Notes under the pieces: model-generated
The model's database searches: none
Seen by the model: the letters and a program-made list of their open reading frames with translations, nothing else
Told to the model about the DNA's origin: nothing
Origin: the human T2T-CHM13v2.0 reference genome, Homo sapiens
Strand: one strand, 5' to 3'
Length of the DNA stretch: 64,000 nucleotides
Assembly (NCBI RefSeq): GCF_009914755.1
Contig: NC_060931.1
Translations under genes and position numbers: made by a program
Part shown: piece after piece, positions 11,707-28,859 of the stretch
Layout: each line of letters begins with the position of its first letter
Numbering within the stretch: position 1 is the stretch's first letter

Positions 11707-14700
11707 TCAGAATTCGCCGTTCTGCTGTAGAGCCCAAGTAGACAATGCCATCAAATGCTCCAGGCTCTCTTTCATCAGCTTTGTACCACCTGATTCAAAC
11801 GCTAAAGCCCTGGGCATAGAGTGCAATGAAAAACACTCTTAATTCCAAGTAGAAAAAATAAAAGTTGTATTTTTCCCTGCTTGTCGATGCCTTCCGTGTG
11901 AAGTATGTTGTAAACTGTGACACCCCATGGAGCGTGGTGTCTCACTATTAAGCGAAGCCTTTTCCTGTTTCTGATGTTTGCTGGGTTGGCAGGAAGAAAA
12001 ATATCAGTTCTATTTTTTAACCATACTATTTCTGTTGCCCTAACAGACTCCAGGTAAATTAATTTACTTTGAATGAGTCATTAGTTCCCATTTGCTAGAG
12101 TTCATGAAAATGAAAGCATGAAACAACATTTTATAGAAATTCCCTGAGGCACAGAACACCAAACCTGGGAAAGACGTTAGAGTCCAAATTCCTTATTTTA
12201 TAGACAATAGAACCAAGTTTGAGAGCAGGGTTGCCCTTAATTACCCAGCTCACCTAAATCAGAGGCTGACCCAGAACCCAGGTCTCCTGTTTGCATGGTT
12301 CCATCCTACCCAGATTTTTTTTTTTTTAACACTGGTCCATAGAATCCTTTGGTGGCCTGACTCTCATGTTAATAAAGCCTGATCAGAGATTCTTGATTAA
12401 GTATATTGTTCACATATATTTTAATTTCCATTAGGAAATACTATTGTACCACATCAGTCAGTCCACTGCTAGAGAAGACTGGGGGGATCTTGCATCCTTA
12501 TGCCAGTTAGGTCTCCTTGCACACAATTCCTGTGAGCATCCTAGAGATCCATGCCTCCTCATTCCTGGATTTGCAGAGATGGAGAGCTCACAGTTTTGAG
12601 GTTACCTAATTCTGTTGATTGAGTAATGTTGATTAAGGATTCCCACCTTACTTTTGTTGGAGGAGAGAGAAAAGTTTGGGAAATGGGATTGGGGGTAGGA
12701 AGTAGGGAGAATAATTTAAGATTGCTGTCCTTTCTTGTCTGATGATGAAGAAGTACAGAAGGACTGGGTGATTCATCTGAGATTCTGAAATTAGATGTCA
12801 GAATAGGCATTATATAATGCGATAGAAGGCTCGTTAGACTAGTAGTCAAATACGGTAAGTACTGACTCCATGATATAAGGGGCTGCTCAAATCTGAGAGT
12901 CACCTAAACACCTTCTTTCTTCAAATCTCTAATTCCTCCCTAAGTATTGTCTAAATAGCCCCTCAATATATTCCTCTCAACTCTGTCCTATCACTTTTGC
13001 TTTTTTCATCCAGATATGCCCAGCACCCTCCAGTTTGTCCCCAGTATTGCAGTTTTCTGGACCTTCCCCAGAAGCAAATACAATCTTGCATCTTTTCTGA
13101 TTAAAATCCTTTACTGGCTCCCCCACTGTCCATACTGATAGCTATTCAATTGCACTTTGGAGATGAACAACTCCATTTTTGGAGCCAGAATATGTCCTTT
13201 TCCTTTCCCACTAATTTGCTTCCTCACCTAGGAGACTCCCTGTCTAGCTTGTCCTTTCTTCCTTGCTGAAATTAAATTTCTATATGATAAAAGAGGCTGG
13301 AAGCTGAGGAAGGTTTTGCAGGAATTGCCCCAGCCATAGCTACATGCGGCAACAAGATGCATGATATTTTAAGTTATGAGTAGCAGAAGCCTGTACATAA
13401 TCAGAAAGATTCTAACATATTATACCTCTAAGAAAAAAATAATATGCACACATGAATGTACATATATCTCTGGACAGAGCAGCCACTAGGCTCCTGATGT
13501 GACTTGCTCTACATTCCTCTCCCCCTGGGGAACCACACAAGTGTTTTGCAACCTCCTTTCTCACCTCTGCCTACCATGCTGTGTTGCCTCTGAACATTTA
13601 TATTCCACCTCCTTCTTTTATTTGTGGTAATTTTATACATGACAGCTACTAACTAACTAAGGGAAAATGATAGAGGGTCCTATTTAAAAAACAAATGCAA
13701 GCCTGTTAGTAGAAGCATAATCCCTGTAAATAGTATAGCTTTCTCAGCTAAAAATTTAAAGCAGGAGGGTTTTTTTAAAGTATAGGAAACTGGGGCTTCA
13801 TTTCATCTCAGATTCCTCATGAATACATCTTGGAGATTCATGTAGCTATATTTTTAAACTCATATCCAGAGGCACACCCCCTTCACCAACATATATAAAA
13901 GATGATGAGGGGATTTTTCTTATCTTTACGTAAGAGCAGGAGTCTGTACCAAGTTTGCGAGGTCATTCAGTAACAAATTTACTCAGCATGTATTCCTTCC
14001 ATAGCTCCCAGAGATCAGGTACCTTGCTAGCTCTTATGGTTGGAGATACACAGATGATGGAGTCTTGTCCTCCATCCCCTCACACTGAGAGGAGGCAGGG
14101 AATCTGACATGTAAACAAATGTGCACATGACTTGCTATATGCTATAATAGAAATGCTTGCCAAGTACTACATGAATAGAGCAAAGGAAATCCTAATGATT
14201 CAGGTGGCCACTGAAGTCGACTTCCTGGAGAAGATGATACTACACTGACAGAGACTCAAATATGAAAGAGGCAGAAATGTCACTCAGAAAGGGGCAGCAT
14301 GAGCAGAAGTACTGGTTTACTTTATCCTGGTATATGTAGTATTGTGGATCATATTAGTGTGGTCTGATCGATTATAGTTTCTTAAGGGGAGATTTTTAGC
14401 CAAGAACCACTTATGCACTTCAGAAAGTTGAGCAGTTATACAAACAATTTCTTTAACATTACCTTCTTCATATGCCCTTTGAAAAAATATTTATTAGCCT
14501 CTTTTAATTACAATATTAGTGTTTTATGTTAACTCCAAGTAAGTATAGGGTGTCAGGAGATATTGCTCTATCTAATTAGGTAATATATCATTGTAATCAT
14601 ATCCATGGTATGACATCCAGATCAATTTCCAGTTGAGAGAAGTGAGAGGAATCCTACCTTAAAATTATGAGGGGAAGTCTACCTTAATGGTATGGATGCT

Positions 14701-15519
14701 GGACAGCTGCCTTGTATAACCTCTGGTCTAAGTTAGAAATATGAAAGGAAACAAAGCCTAGTGAAACTTAAATATCCCATGGATTTATTTTCATCCTCAT
14801 TGGTGATAAAACACCAAAACTAATGTTTCTCTGTGATAAGGATCTTGAGCATATCCTTATGCTCAAGTGTGAAGCCAAGAAAACAAAGAAAACTCCGTAA
14901 GTCAGTCAATTCAAAAAGCATTTCAGTGTTGAAACTCCCTAAAACGTGTTTATTCATGTCCAAGCAGAGGAAGACATATGCTTTTGGAGAATTATTGGTG
15001 AAATACTGTGACCTAAACCTTGGTTTGTGACTTGCAACCCAGGAAGAAGAAAAGGTGTATTTGGATGCTTGTCAAGTAGAAGTCTTCCTATGTGTTTTGT
15101 TTGTTTATTTTTGGTTGTTTGTTTACTAAAGGGAGTTTACCACATGCTAGAGAATTTTTGAGGACCCAATAGCACTATGATGATACTTGATTTTTAACTT
15201 AATCATATTGATTGAAGAGGAAGTAACTGTTGCTATGTAAATCGATGCTATTTATTTATTCTCCATATGCTGTTTGAAAGCATTTAGAGAAGCTTGAGGC
15301 ACATGCATCCTGCTCTGGGAAACATGGGCCTGTATCTATTGCCATGTTTGCATTTTCTGCCAGTCCAACCTTGAATTCCTACAGAATCCTAATATCTATG
15401 CTAAACCCTTGCCTTAGGACCATGGTAATTTTATAAGGAAGATTTTTATTTTTCAAATGTCAGTATCAGATTAATTATTTCATTGGTTCTGAAATGCCTT
15501 GTGCTGATTCTTGTTTCTA

Positions 15520-15586
15520 TCTATAATCTATCTATCTATCTATCTACCTACCTACCTACCTACCTATCTATCTATCTATATCTATC
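15520..15586. repeat. (TCTA)n/(CCTA)n compound STR
   Basis: TCTATCTATCTATCTACCTACCTACCTACCTACCTATCTATC. Confidence 0.93.
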
Positions 15587-15864
15587 ATACAGTTTTGTGA
15601 GTTAGTAGGTGAACTGGCTTGCAAGATTTCCATTGTCTTTCCAGATGTTGGTAGCCACTCACACTTCTTTCCATCTGTTTCTACTTATTATATTTATTGG
15701 CCATTGACAATTAAGGCTAGGTCTGCATGAATTTTAATTATTTTTAGCTAGTTTTTTATCTTTTGCTTAACATATGACATTGTATTGATGTTTCTTTCTA
15801 GACAGATTTAAAATCTCAGAAATTTAAGAGTATTTAAAGCAGTTTAAAAGCTCTAGTCTTAAAC

Positions 15865-15990
15865 AAATAATCTGTACAACAAACCCCCATGACAGAAGTT
15901 TACCTATGTAACAAACCTGCACCTGGACTACTGAATTTAAAAGTAAATAATAATAATAATAATAATAAAGTAAATAAAATAAAAAATAAA
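15865..15990 (+). mobile_element. Short L1PA 3' terminal fragment with (TAA)n tail
   Basis: AATAATCTGTACAACAAACCCCCATGAC...TTTACCTATGTAACAAACCTGCAC. Confidence 0.85.
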
Positions 15991-17746
15991 GTTACAAAAA
16001 GGCAATAGAAGAAATAAAAATAATTATATAAACATTAAAGTTTGGAGGGTATTGTAAAATAACAAGAAAAGGTATAAACATGACTATCTAATTGGATCTT
16101 TAAATGTCTCTAAATTCCCTTTATATTATTTTATTATTTGTACCCTCATAATCTTTTGCATAATTGACAATCTTTTAGTAATAATACTATAACATATGTG
16201 TTTGGCATTTGAAGAATTAACATTTAAGTAATGAAGGTAATAGAATGCATAAAGTAGACTTAATGAGACTTTTAAATCATCATAAATGTTTATATTTGAT
16301 AATTCTTATTTCGTGTTTTGTTGGGGGCCGATAATTGGTCATTGCCCCATAGGTAGGCATGACGACACATATTTTTCAGGGTTGAAACATGGGAGTGAAG
16401 ACTGCAGGTTACAACTTGCCAATTAGTTCATTTGTTGGGTGGACATCCTATTGTCTTTTGACTATTGCTATCCTGGTCACACTGCACAAAATGCCAGATA
16501 GAGGTAAAGTGCATTGCAAAAAGAGTAAAAAAAAAATTAAATGTCTGGACACTTCTCAATATTTTCTATAAAAAAACATAATGCACACTTCATATTTTTA
16601 AATGGGCCTTGCTAAATGAAACCTACCTTTCTTTCTCTTTCTTTCTTTCTTTCTTTGTACATATGTGAGGCAACACTGCTTGGGTAAAGTCTCTCTGTTC
16701 TATCTGTCTCTGTCTCCTCCTGTATCTCTTATGGTAAAATGGTTTATAAGCTGGTGAAATGGTAGTTCTGTAGAGACTTTTGCCAGTTAATTGAAAAAAT
16801 ACACACGTCTGTAGCAGATACATTCAGGCTTTGTCTATGTGGCACACCTAAATAACTTTTCTGTTGTTACATTTTAATTCCGATATAAGAATAGGACAAT
16901 GGCCAAATAATCAAGCAGATCACTGCCCAGTTTATTGGAATCTATTTTTACACTGACAGGAATAATTTTCTCAGATATGTCATGACTTGGCTATTTCAAT
17001 AACTCCCAAGAACAAATTAAATCCTCCCATATTTCAATCAAATTGATATTGTAGGAGTCAGTGATTGTTTCAGTTAAACAATGAATTGACTATGACTAAG
17101 GACTGTCACTCTCTACCCATTATTCTATCATAACTGTGTTTCTACAGATTATCACAAAATCAAAGAGTAGACAAGTGTAAGATTACGATTAAATGCAGAA
17201 GATTTGCAAAAAGAGTTCACTGCTGGTTCAATTACTTTGGATCATGTTGATGCTACTTGGCTTCCTGCTGGACACAAGGGGTAGTGAGTTTGACTTGTTT
17301 CGCTGAGGATTCTGGGAATGTTAGGGACGGTAAGACATCTGTCCATATTAAGGGATAGAATCCAAGTGAATGAAAAGGAGGTGCAGAGTGAGAATTCTTT
17401 GCAAGACTGTCTCATTCATGTCCCTGACTCATGGCTTCAAGCAGTTCAGTGCTCTGCAGCCAAACTTATCCTTGTGAGCAATTTGGTTGGATAGACAACT
17501 GATCTAAAATTATTGAGTTGCCTTTGCCCTTTTGAATATGTAAAGAGAAACTGATAATCTAAATATATTTTTTCTTTCTACCTTTTAAATTTCTAATTGT
17601 GCTGACCTGAGCTAGATATTGATTGAAGAAAGAAGTGATATCAAATGAGGATGACAAGTGGTATCTTCAATAGACTAATTGAAAGTAATATGTCCACATA
17701 TATAGACTGTGTCTCTCTGGGAGAGGGTGCACAAAAAAAGAGGTAA

Positions 17747-18095
<349 letters not shown>

Positions 18096-19284
18096 AATGC
18101 TCACACTAATTTTACGTCTAAACTAGCCGGAAGTAAGGACTGGAAGGGGGAGGTGTGGTGAAGGAGGAGGTGTGGGTCAAGTTCACTGATGACGGTCTAC
18201 ACGGTGTCCTCAAGGGGTTATCTAAAAGGGGTAAAGGTGTTATGTGTTTTCTCTCAGTTCAGCATGACTACTGATCTCAGAAGGTAGGTTGTCTCACACA
18301 TTTCTATGTGTGGCAAGTGTTAATGGGAGGTGAGAAGAAGGGGAGCTTGCTTTCAAGTGGTTGCAGCCCCATTTCTCCCCTGTACGCTTATCTGCCAATC
18401 CTCCCTACACATGGGGGTGCAGCTTAGTCATATGCTGGCTCCTCCCAGGGCAGGCTTCTCTGTTTCCACCTGCACACGCTGAGTTTGGGGTGGTTTCTTG
18501 TGGGCTGAGTTTGAATCTCTGACAGACTCTCGTGGGCCTCCTGGAAACTGAGGTGTGTTGGAGCCCCACACTCTCCCTGCTGACCACCCATCTCACTGAC
18601 CTCATTGCCAAGGCTGATAGCCTACTTAGTACTACACTTACAAATTGTGTCTTGTAAGTCCACCCAGGGAGTCTGGAATGGACTTTGATTGCTAGAGACA
18701 TAATGTCCATCACAGGGCCAGCAATCTTTCTTTCCTAGTGCCCTCTCAGGAATGGCAGGCCCCCTGCTCCCATGGCTTCAGGTCTCCTGTTCTCTAAAGG
18801 TTCTGGCTGTGGCAGATCCTGCCCAATTAAACTCATGTACATAGTCTAAGTATCCATTAATGATTCTCTGTGAATCAAAATCCTCTCTTAAAATGGGATA
18901 TAAGTCCTCAGGGTTGTCTCAAGAAACTCTGACCCCTCCTAGGCACAAATATCCCCTGTGGCAGGCAAATAGTCACAGTTTCGCAGATCAGTTTTTCTAG
19001 AATCTTATTTTCAACCACTTTTTTTCCCTAAAGATAGAGGAAATTAGTTTCCCCAGCCTTACGCACTCCCACCAGTGTGTGTTTTCCCCAGCGTATAAGG
19101 CTGGGGACACAGGAATTATGCATACACAGGAATTATGAGGCAATAGACTGCTTCATAGATACAATAGGATACAGGTTTATGCATAGTTCCTGGCATCCTA
19201 GTTGTAACTCAACCTCTAATTCAGTTGAATATGGTTTAGTAGTTTGGAATATATGTTTTAGAGAAATTCTTAAACTTTAACAAG

Positions 19285-19422
19285 ATTATGAATCAGCTGG
19301 ACTTGTTAAAATGCAGATCCTGATTCAGTAGGTCAGAAATCGGGTTTAACAGATTTTACACTTTCAGCAAGCTCAGGTAGTGCCAACGCTGATGGTCCAT
19401 GAACCACACCCTGAGTGCAAGG
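19285..19422. mobile_element. MER5A-type DNA transposon relic
   Basis: CTTGTTAAAATGCAGATCCTGATTCAGTAGGTC...TGGTCCATGAACCACACCCTGAG. Confidence 0.75.
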
Positions 19423-19476
19423 CTCTCAATGGTGATGTGTCTAGCCAGATGCATGATCTGGCCTCTCTAGCTCTTT

Positions 19477-19529
<53 letters not shown>

Positions 19530-19733
19530 TTATACTTTAAGTTTTAGGGTACATGTGCACATTGTGCAGGTTAGTTACATATGTATACATGTGCCATGCT
19601 GGTGCGCTGCACCCACTAACTCGTCATCTAGCATTAGGTATATCTCCCAATGCTATCCCTCCCCCCTACCCCCACCCCACCACAGTCCCCAGAGTGTGAT
19701 ATTCCCCTTCCTGTGTCCATGTGATCTCATTGT

Positions 19734-23589
<3,856 letters not shown>

Positions 23590-23625
23590 TTAGTTGATGC
23601 AGTGTCTTCCTAGTCTCGATGGTCT

Positions 23626-24642
23626 TTACATTTTGGCGTGATTTTGCAGCGGCTGGTACCGGTTGTTCCTTTCCATGTTTAGCGTTTCCTTCAGGAGCTC
23701 TTTTAGGGCAGGCCTGGTGGTGACAAAATCTCTCAGCATTTGCTTGTCTGTAAAGTATTTTATTTCTCCTTCACTTATGAAGCTTAGTTTGGCTGGATAT
23801 GAAATTCTGGGTTGAAAATTCTTTTCTTTAAGAATGTTGAATATTGGCCCCCACTCTCTTCTGGCTTGTAGGGTTTCTGCCGAGAGATCCGCTATTAGTC
23901 TGATGGGCTTCCCTTTGAGGGTAACCTGACCTTTCTCTCTGGCTGCCCTTAACATTTTTTCCTTCATTTCAACTTTGGTGAATCTGACAATTATGTGTCT
24001 TGGAGTTGCTCTTCTCGAGGAGTATCTTTGTGGCGTTCTCTGTATTTCCTGAATCTGAACGTTGGCCTGCCTTGCTAGGTTGGGGAAGTTCTCCTGGATA
24101 ATATCCTGCAGAGTGTTTTCCAACTTGCTTCCATTCTCCGCATCACTTTCAGGTACACCAATCAGACGTAGATTTGGTCTTTTCACATAGTCCCATATTT
24201 CTTGGAGGCTTTGCGCATTTCTTTTTATTCTTTTTTCTCTAAACTTCCCTTCTCGCTTCATTTCATTCATTTCATCTTCCATTGCTGATACCCTTTCTTC
24301 CAGTTGATCGCATCGGCTCCTGAGGCTTCTGCATTCTTCACGTAGTTCTCGAGCCTTGGTTTTCAGCTCCATCAGCTCCTTTAAGCACTTCTCTGTATTG
24401 GTTATTCTAGTTATACATTCTTCTAAATTTTTTTCCAAGTTTTCAACTTCTTTGCCTTTGGTTTGAATGTCCTCCCGTAGCTCAGAGTAATTTGATCGTC
24501 TGGAGCCTTCTTCTCTCAGCTCGTCAAAATCATTCTCCATCCAGCTTTGTTCCGTTGCTGGTGAGGAACTGCGTTCCTTTGGAGGAGGAGAGGCGCTCTG
24601 CGTTTTAGAGTTTCCAGTTTTTCTGTTCTGTTTTTTCCCCAT
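23626..24642 (-). CDS. ORF1: L1 ORF1p RNA-binding/chaperone protein, intact 338 aa
   Basis: MGKKQNRKTGNSKTQSASPPPKERSSS...; REKG, ARR and YPAKLS motifs retained. Confidence 0.95.
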   Translation of the reverse strand: MGKKQNRKTGNSKTQSASPPPKERSSSPATEQSWMENDFDELREEGSRRSNYSELREDIQTKGKEVENLEKNLEECITRITNTEKCLKELMELKTKARELREECRSLRSRCDQLEERVSAMEDEMNEMKREGKFREKRIKRNAQSLQEIWDYVKRPNLRLIGVPESDAENGSKLENTLQDIIQENFPNLARQANVQIQEIQRTPQRYSSRRATPRHIIVRFTKVEMKEKMLRAAREKGQVTLKGKPIRLIADLSAETLQARREWGPIFNILKEKNFQPRISYPAKLSFISEGEIKYFTDKQMLRDFVTTRPALKELLKETLNMERNNRYQPLQNHAKM

Positions 24643-25548
24643 CTTTGTGGTTTTATCTACTTTTGGTCTTTGATGATGGTGATGTACAGATGGGTTTTCA
24701 GTGTGGATGTCCTTTCTGTTTGTTATTTTTCCTTCTAGCAGACAGGACCCTCAGCTGCAGGTCTGTTGGAATACCCTGCCGTGTGAGGTGTCAGTGTGCC
24801 CCTGCTGGGGGGTGCCTCCCAGTTAGGCTGCTCGGGGGTCAGGGGTCAGGGACCCACTTGAGGAGGCAGTCTGCCCGTTCTCAGATCTCCAGCTGCATGC
24901 TGGGAGAACCACTGCTCTCTTCAAAGCTGTCAGACAGGGACATTTAAGTCTGCAGAGGTTACTGCTGTCTTTTTGTTTGTCTGTGCCCTGCCCCCAGAGG
25001 TGGAGCCTACAGAGGCAGGCAGGCCTCCTTGAGCTGTGGTGGGCTCCACCCAGTTGGAGCTTCCAGGCTGCTTTGTTTACCTAAGCAAGCCTGGGCAATG
25101 GCGGGCGCCCCTCCCCCAGCCTCGCTGCCGCCTTGCAGTTTGATCTCAGACTGCTGTGCTAGCAATCAGCGAGACTCCGTGGGCGTAGGACCCTCTGAGC
25201 CAGGTGTGGGATATAGTCTCGTGGTGTGCCGTTTTTTAAGCTGGTCTGAAAAGCGCAATATTCGGGTGGGAGTGACCCGATTTTCCAGGTGCGTCAGTCA
25301 CCCCTTTCTTTGACTCGGAAAGGGAACTCCCTGACCCCTTGCGCTTCCCAGGTGAGGCAATGCCTCACCCTGCTTCGGCTCGTGCACGGTGTGCGCACCC
25401 ACTGGCCTGCGCCCACTGTCTGGCACTCCCTAGTGAGATGAACCCGGTACCTCAGATGGAAATGCAGAAATCACCCGTCTTCTGCATCGCTCTCGCTGGG
25501 AGCTGTAGACCGGAGCTGTTCCTATTCGGCCATCTTGGCTCCTCCGAC
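24643..25548 (-). promoter_or_regulatory. L1 5'UTR with internal sense promoter and antisense promoter
   Basis: CpG-rich; YY1 site (GCCATCTTG at 25529-25537, sense CAAGATGGC) intact. Confidence 0.9.
25098..25313 (+). CDS. ORF0: L1 antisense ORF0, intact 71 aa
   Basis: MAGAPPPASLPPCSLISDCCASNQRDSVGVGPSEPGVGYSLVV...RFSRCVSHPFL; GCAATGG Kozak context; donors CAG|GTGTGG (25203) and CAG|GTGCGT (25288). Confidence 0.88.
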   Translation: MAGAPPPASLPPCSLISDCCASNQRDSVGVGPSEPGVGYSLVVCRFLSWSEKRNIRVGVTRFSRCVSHPFL

Positions 25549-27975
25549 CCTCTCTAGCTCTTAAGATATATTTATACCTTGACCTTTCCATCTCTCTATA
25601 TTCAATATTGTATATTTTCAAAACTGTCATTTATTATTGCACTTGTGCCTGTAACCTGCTAGGCTGCACTTCTGATAGAAACCTTGTTATCACCATCCTT
25701 AGTCACCTTCCAGAAGAAAGGATGGACAAGCTGTCTTGTCATGAACTTTTATCCTCATTTTACTCTCTTCTTCTCTCCTTTTTTTTCATCCAGTCCATAC
25801 CTTTTCCCTTGTGATTTCTGTAAGCATTAAATTGTTACTCAAGAATCGGTGCAGCAACTGGCATGTGGTAGATTCACAATAAAAAGTTATATAAATTGAA
25901 GCATCTTCCCTGCATGGCCCTTCCACCACCTTTTGCTGAACACTGGGTCTCCCCTGAGAGCAAGACCTCTCTAGTAACCCTAACTTCGGAGGCTACTGGT
26001 TCCCTAAACCACAGGGTTTACAATTGTGTGGATAGTCTCCCAGCTCCCTGTTTCTCCTTCCTGACTGTCACTTTTCCAAAGTCATGTCAAAAGCCTTTGT
26101 CATTTGAGATCCATGCCACTCAATACTGCTTATGTCTTTTCTTGTTGTCTATCACTTTATAAATTGTTAAAGTTACAATAGGATTTGATCTTTTTTTACA
26201 TTCAATCTCTTCTCATCATTATGTATGAGGATGACACATCCAATTATCCAGCCTCAAAGGTAATTAAACTCTTCGACTCCAACAACCTTCTCTATATTCT
26301 ACTTCAGCCACCTGTGTGTACAGCTACAACTTCACTTAGGGCATATTGAAGTCTATTAGATCGAATTGTTCAATTGATTCTGCTGATCACAAAATAATAC
26401 AAGCTTGTAATTCCAAAGTTAAAGCCTACCTTTATGGAATAGAAGGTAAAAACATCTACATAATCCTAGCCAGATATAACAATTAAAAACATACCATTTC
26501 AGACTTTTTCATAAAGAGATTAATTATCTACCTAAATTGAAACATACTAAATATATAGGGTAGCATAGCATTTTGTATATATATTTCAATCTCATTTTTA
26601 TCTAATATATAATGACATAATCATACATAATGATGAATTCTTCCTTTGAAGCAGCTCTCTACTATTTTACATTATCAATATGTTATAATTTATTCAATCC
26701 AATTCCCTCTTAGGAGGCATTTAAATTGTCTGCAGCATTGTAATATGCAATGCTTCCTTTGAAAATTTGTATTTTCTTCTGTAGACAGATTCCTCATTTA
26801 GCTTAGAATATTTTCCTAGAAGTAAAATTACTGAATCAAAAAATATGCACAGTATATTAGATTGTACTTTGGTAAGTTGAAAAGTTTATTCTACGATATG
26901 TTCAGTTTGTCACTCTCCATTACCAATAAATATTATTCATCTTCTTAATTTTTACCAATTTGTTAGATAGACAATGTCATTACTTTAGATTTATTTGACT
27001 AGTACTGAAATTTCACATATGTTCAAGTGTGCATTGGCCATTTAAATATATAGATGTTTAACTAAAACTCTTATGTTTTTCTTTATATAAAAGGCAAAAG
27101 AAAGAGATTGGACTTTTTGGCCTTCTGTGTTAGGCTTTCAGTATTTAATTTCGTTTGGAGGTAATTTCATCTTCTAGAGTTTTAAATGCATAGGAGATAA
27201 TCTGTAGGTTAAAGTAAAACTGTTGTATCTATTGTCTTTATGACTTCCAATCCATTGTGAGGATATTTAGAAGCCAAATTTCTCTCTATATATAAATGCG
27301 TAATGAATCTCTCTTCTCACTTTCTGATTGTGTCTCTTAAAGCTGCATTTAGATTTATACTTTAATCAGACCAAGTCAACATTTAATTTTCACTTGCTTT
27401 AACTACTGTGTTCAATGAAGCAGAGAATTCATCCATCTTAACAAATATAGAGAAACACAAATACAGCAAATAAAAGAACCTCAGGCATGTTTGTATACTG
27501 ACTTTCTGAGAACAAATATCAGCTTGGAGTTTCTCATGTGCCTAGGTCATTTTATGAGCCAGTTGGGCACATAGGATCAACACAAAAGATTGGCCTTTAC
27601 TGAGATCATTTCCCTTTGTTATTCCCTTCCAGTTATTGTTCAGTGTTGATTTTCTACTGTCCTTTTCTTTAGTAGGCTGTCACTGACCTCCACCTCTTAA
27701 TTTTCTCTTACACATACAAAACCAATTCGATTCTTTCTTTTCTCCCGCAACACTCTCCCCACTTTACCTTTCTTTCTTCTTCAAAGAACTGTCTTATTCT
27801 CTTAATCTCATGGGCAAGCTCTAATAATGTCTTCCCTTAATTACCTCCCTTTATTAACAGTGTGAACTAAGAAGGAAGGCATTCTGCTCTAAAATGTATT
27901 TGAAAGTATCAGTTTCTAGCTTTCGGCTCAGTATAGTCAGGTATTAAACCTCCTGTCCTAATATCAAAGCTTTTA

Positions 27976-28275
<300 letters not shown>

Positions 28276-28859
28276 ACAAGGCTATTCTTATGTTCCCAGG
28301 CTAATTTGGGTGCTCTTCCTTAACAGCACTGCATTTTAGCCAGATTGGGTTCTTACGTGCTAGGCACATTTGACATTTTTTGCCCTAATTTTCACATCAT
28401 TGTGTTATTATATATGCTGTTTCTTTCCCCAACCTACCAACCCCATCCCTGTCCTGTTTCTTTGCCTTTCCAAATATTTCCCACTATTAAGACTGAGTCA
28501 AATTCCACCTTTACAATTCTATAGTTAGTGACATCTATTCCCACTTCTCATCTAACAGTAGGATTCCCATATGACATCTCTGTAATTCGATCATGCATAC
28601 TTTGCTCAGTTTCAGTGAAAGGCTACCTTGTACATCAAGAGATCATTCATACCTTTATGAACTGATTGATGTATTCAATTTTTTCATTTCTACCTCTTTG
28701 TGATTTATATACATTAACCCCAATCTTTAACACAGAGCACTGTTTCTCTTGTATGTTGCAGTGCTTTCAAAATTTGGAAACTACTATGACTTTCTTCACT
28801 TTGGTATTCTAATCTCTGACATGTTTTTGAGAATCTTTCAACAGATCTGTCTCCTTTTC

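Noticed and set aside
12047-12053. Possible 7-nt microexon (CTAACAG|ACTCCAG|GTAAAT)
   Set aside because: Not frame-preserving, modest donor, no host gene identified; plausible by chance
18405-18713. 102-aa ATG-started ORF on the minus strand
   Set aside because: No recognisable domain or exon structure; length expected by chance in GC-richer DNA
25339-25557. 72-aa antisense ORF in the L1 5'UTR
   Set aside because: Non-ATG start and not ORF0; a generic frame of the 5'UTR
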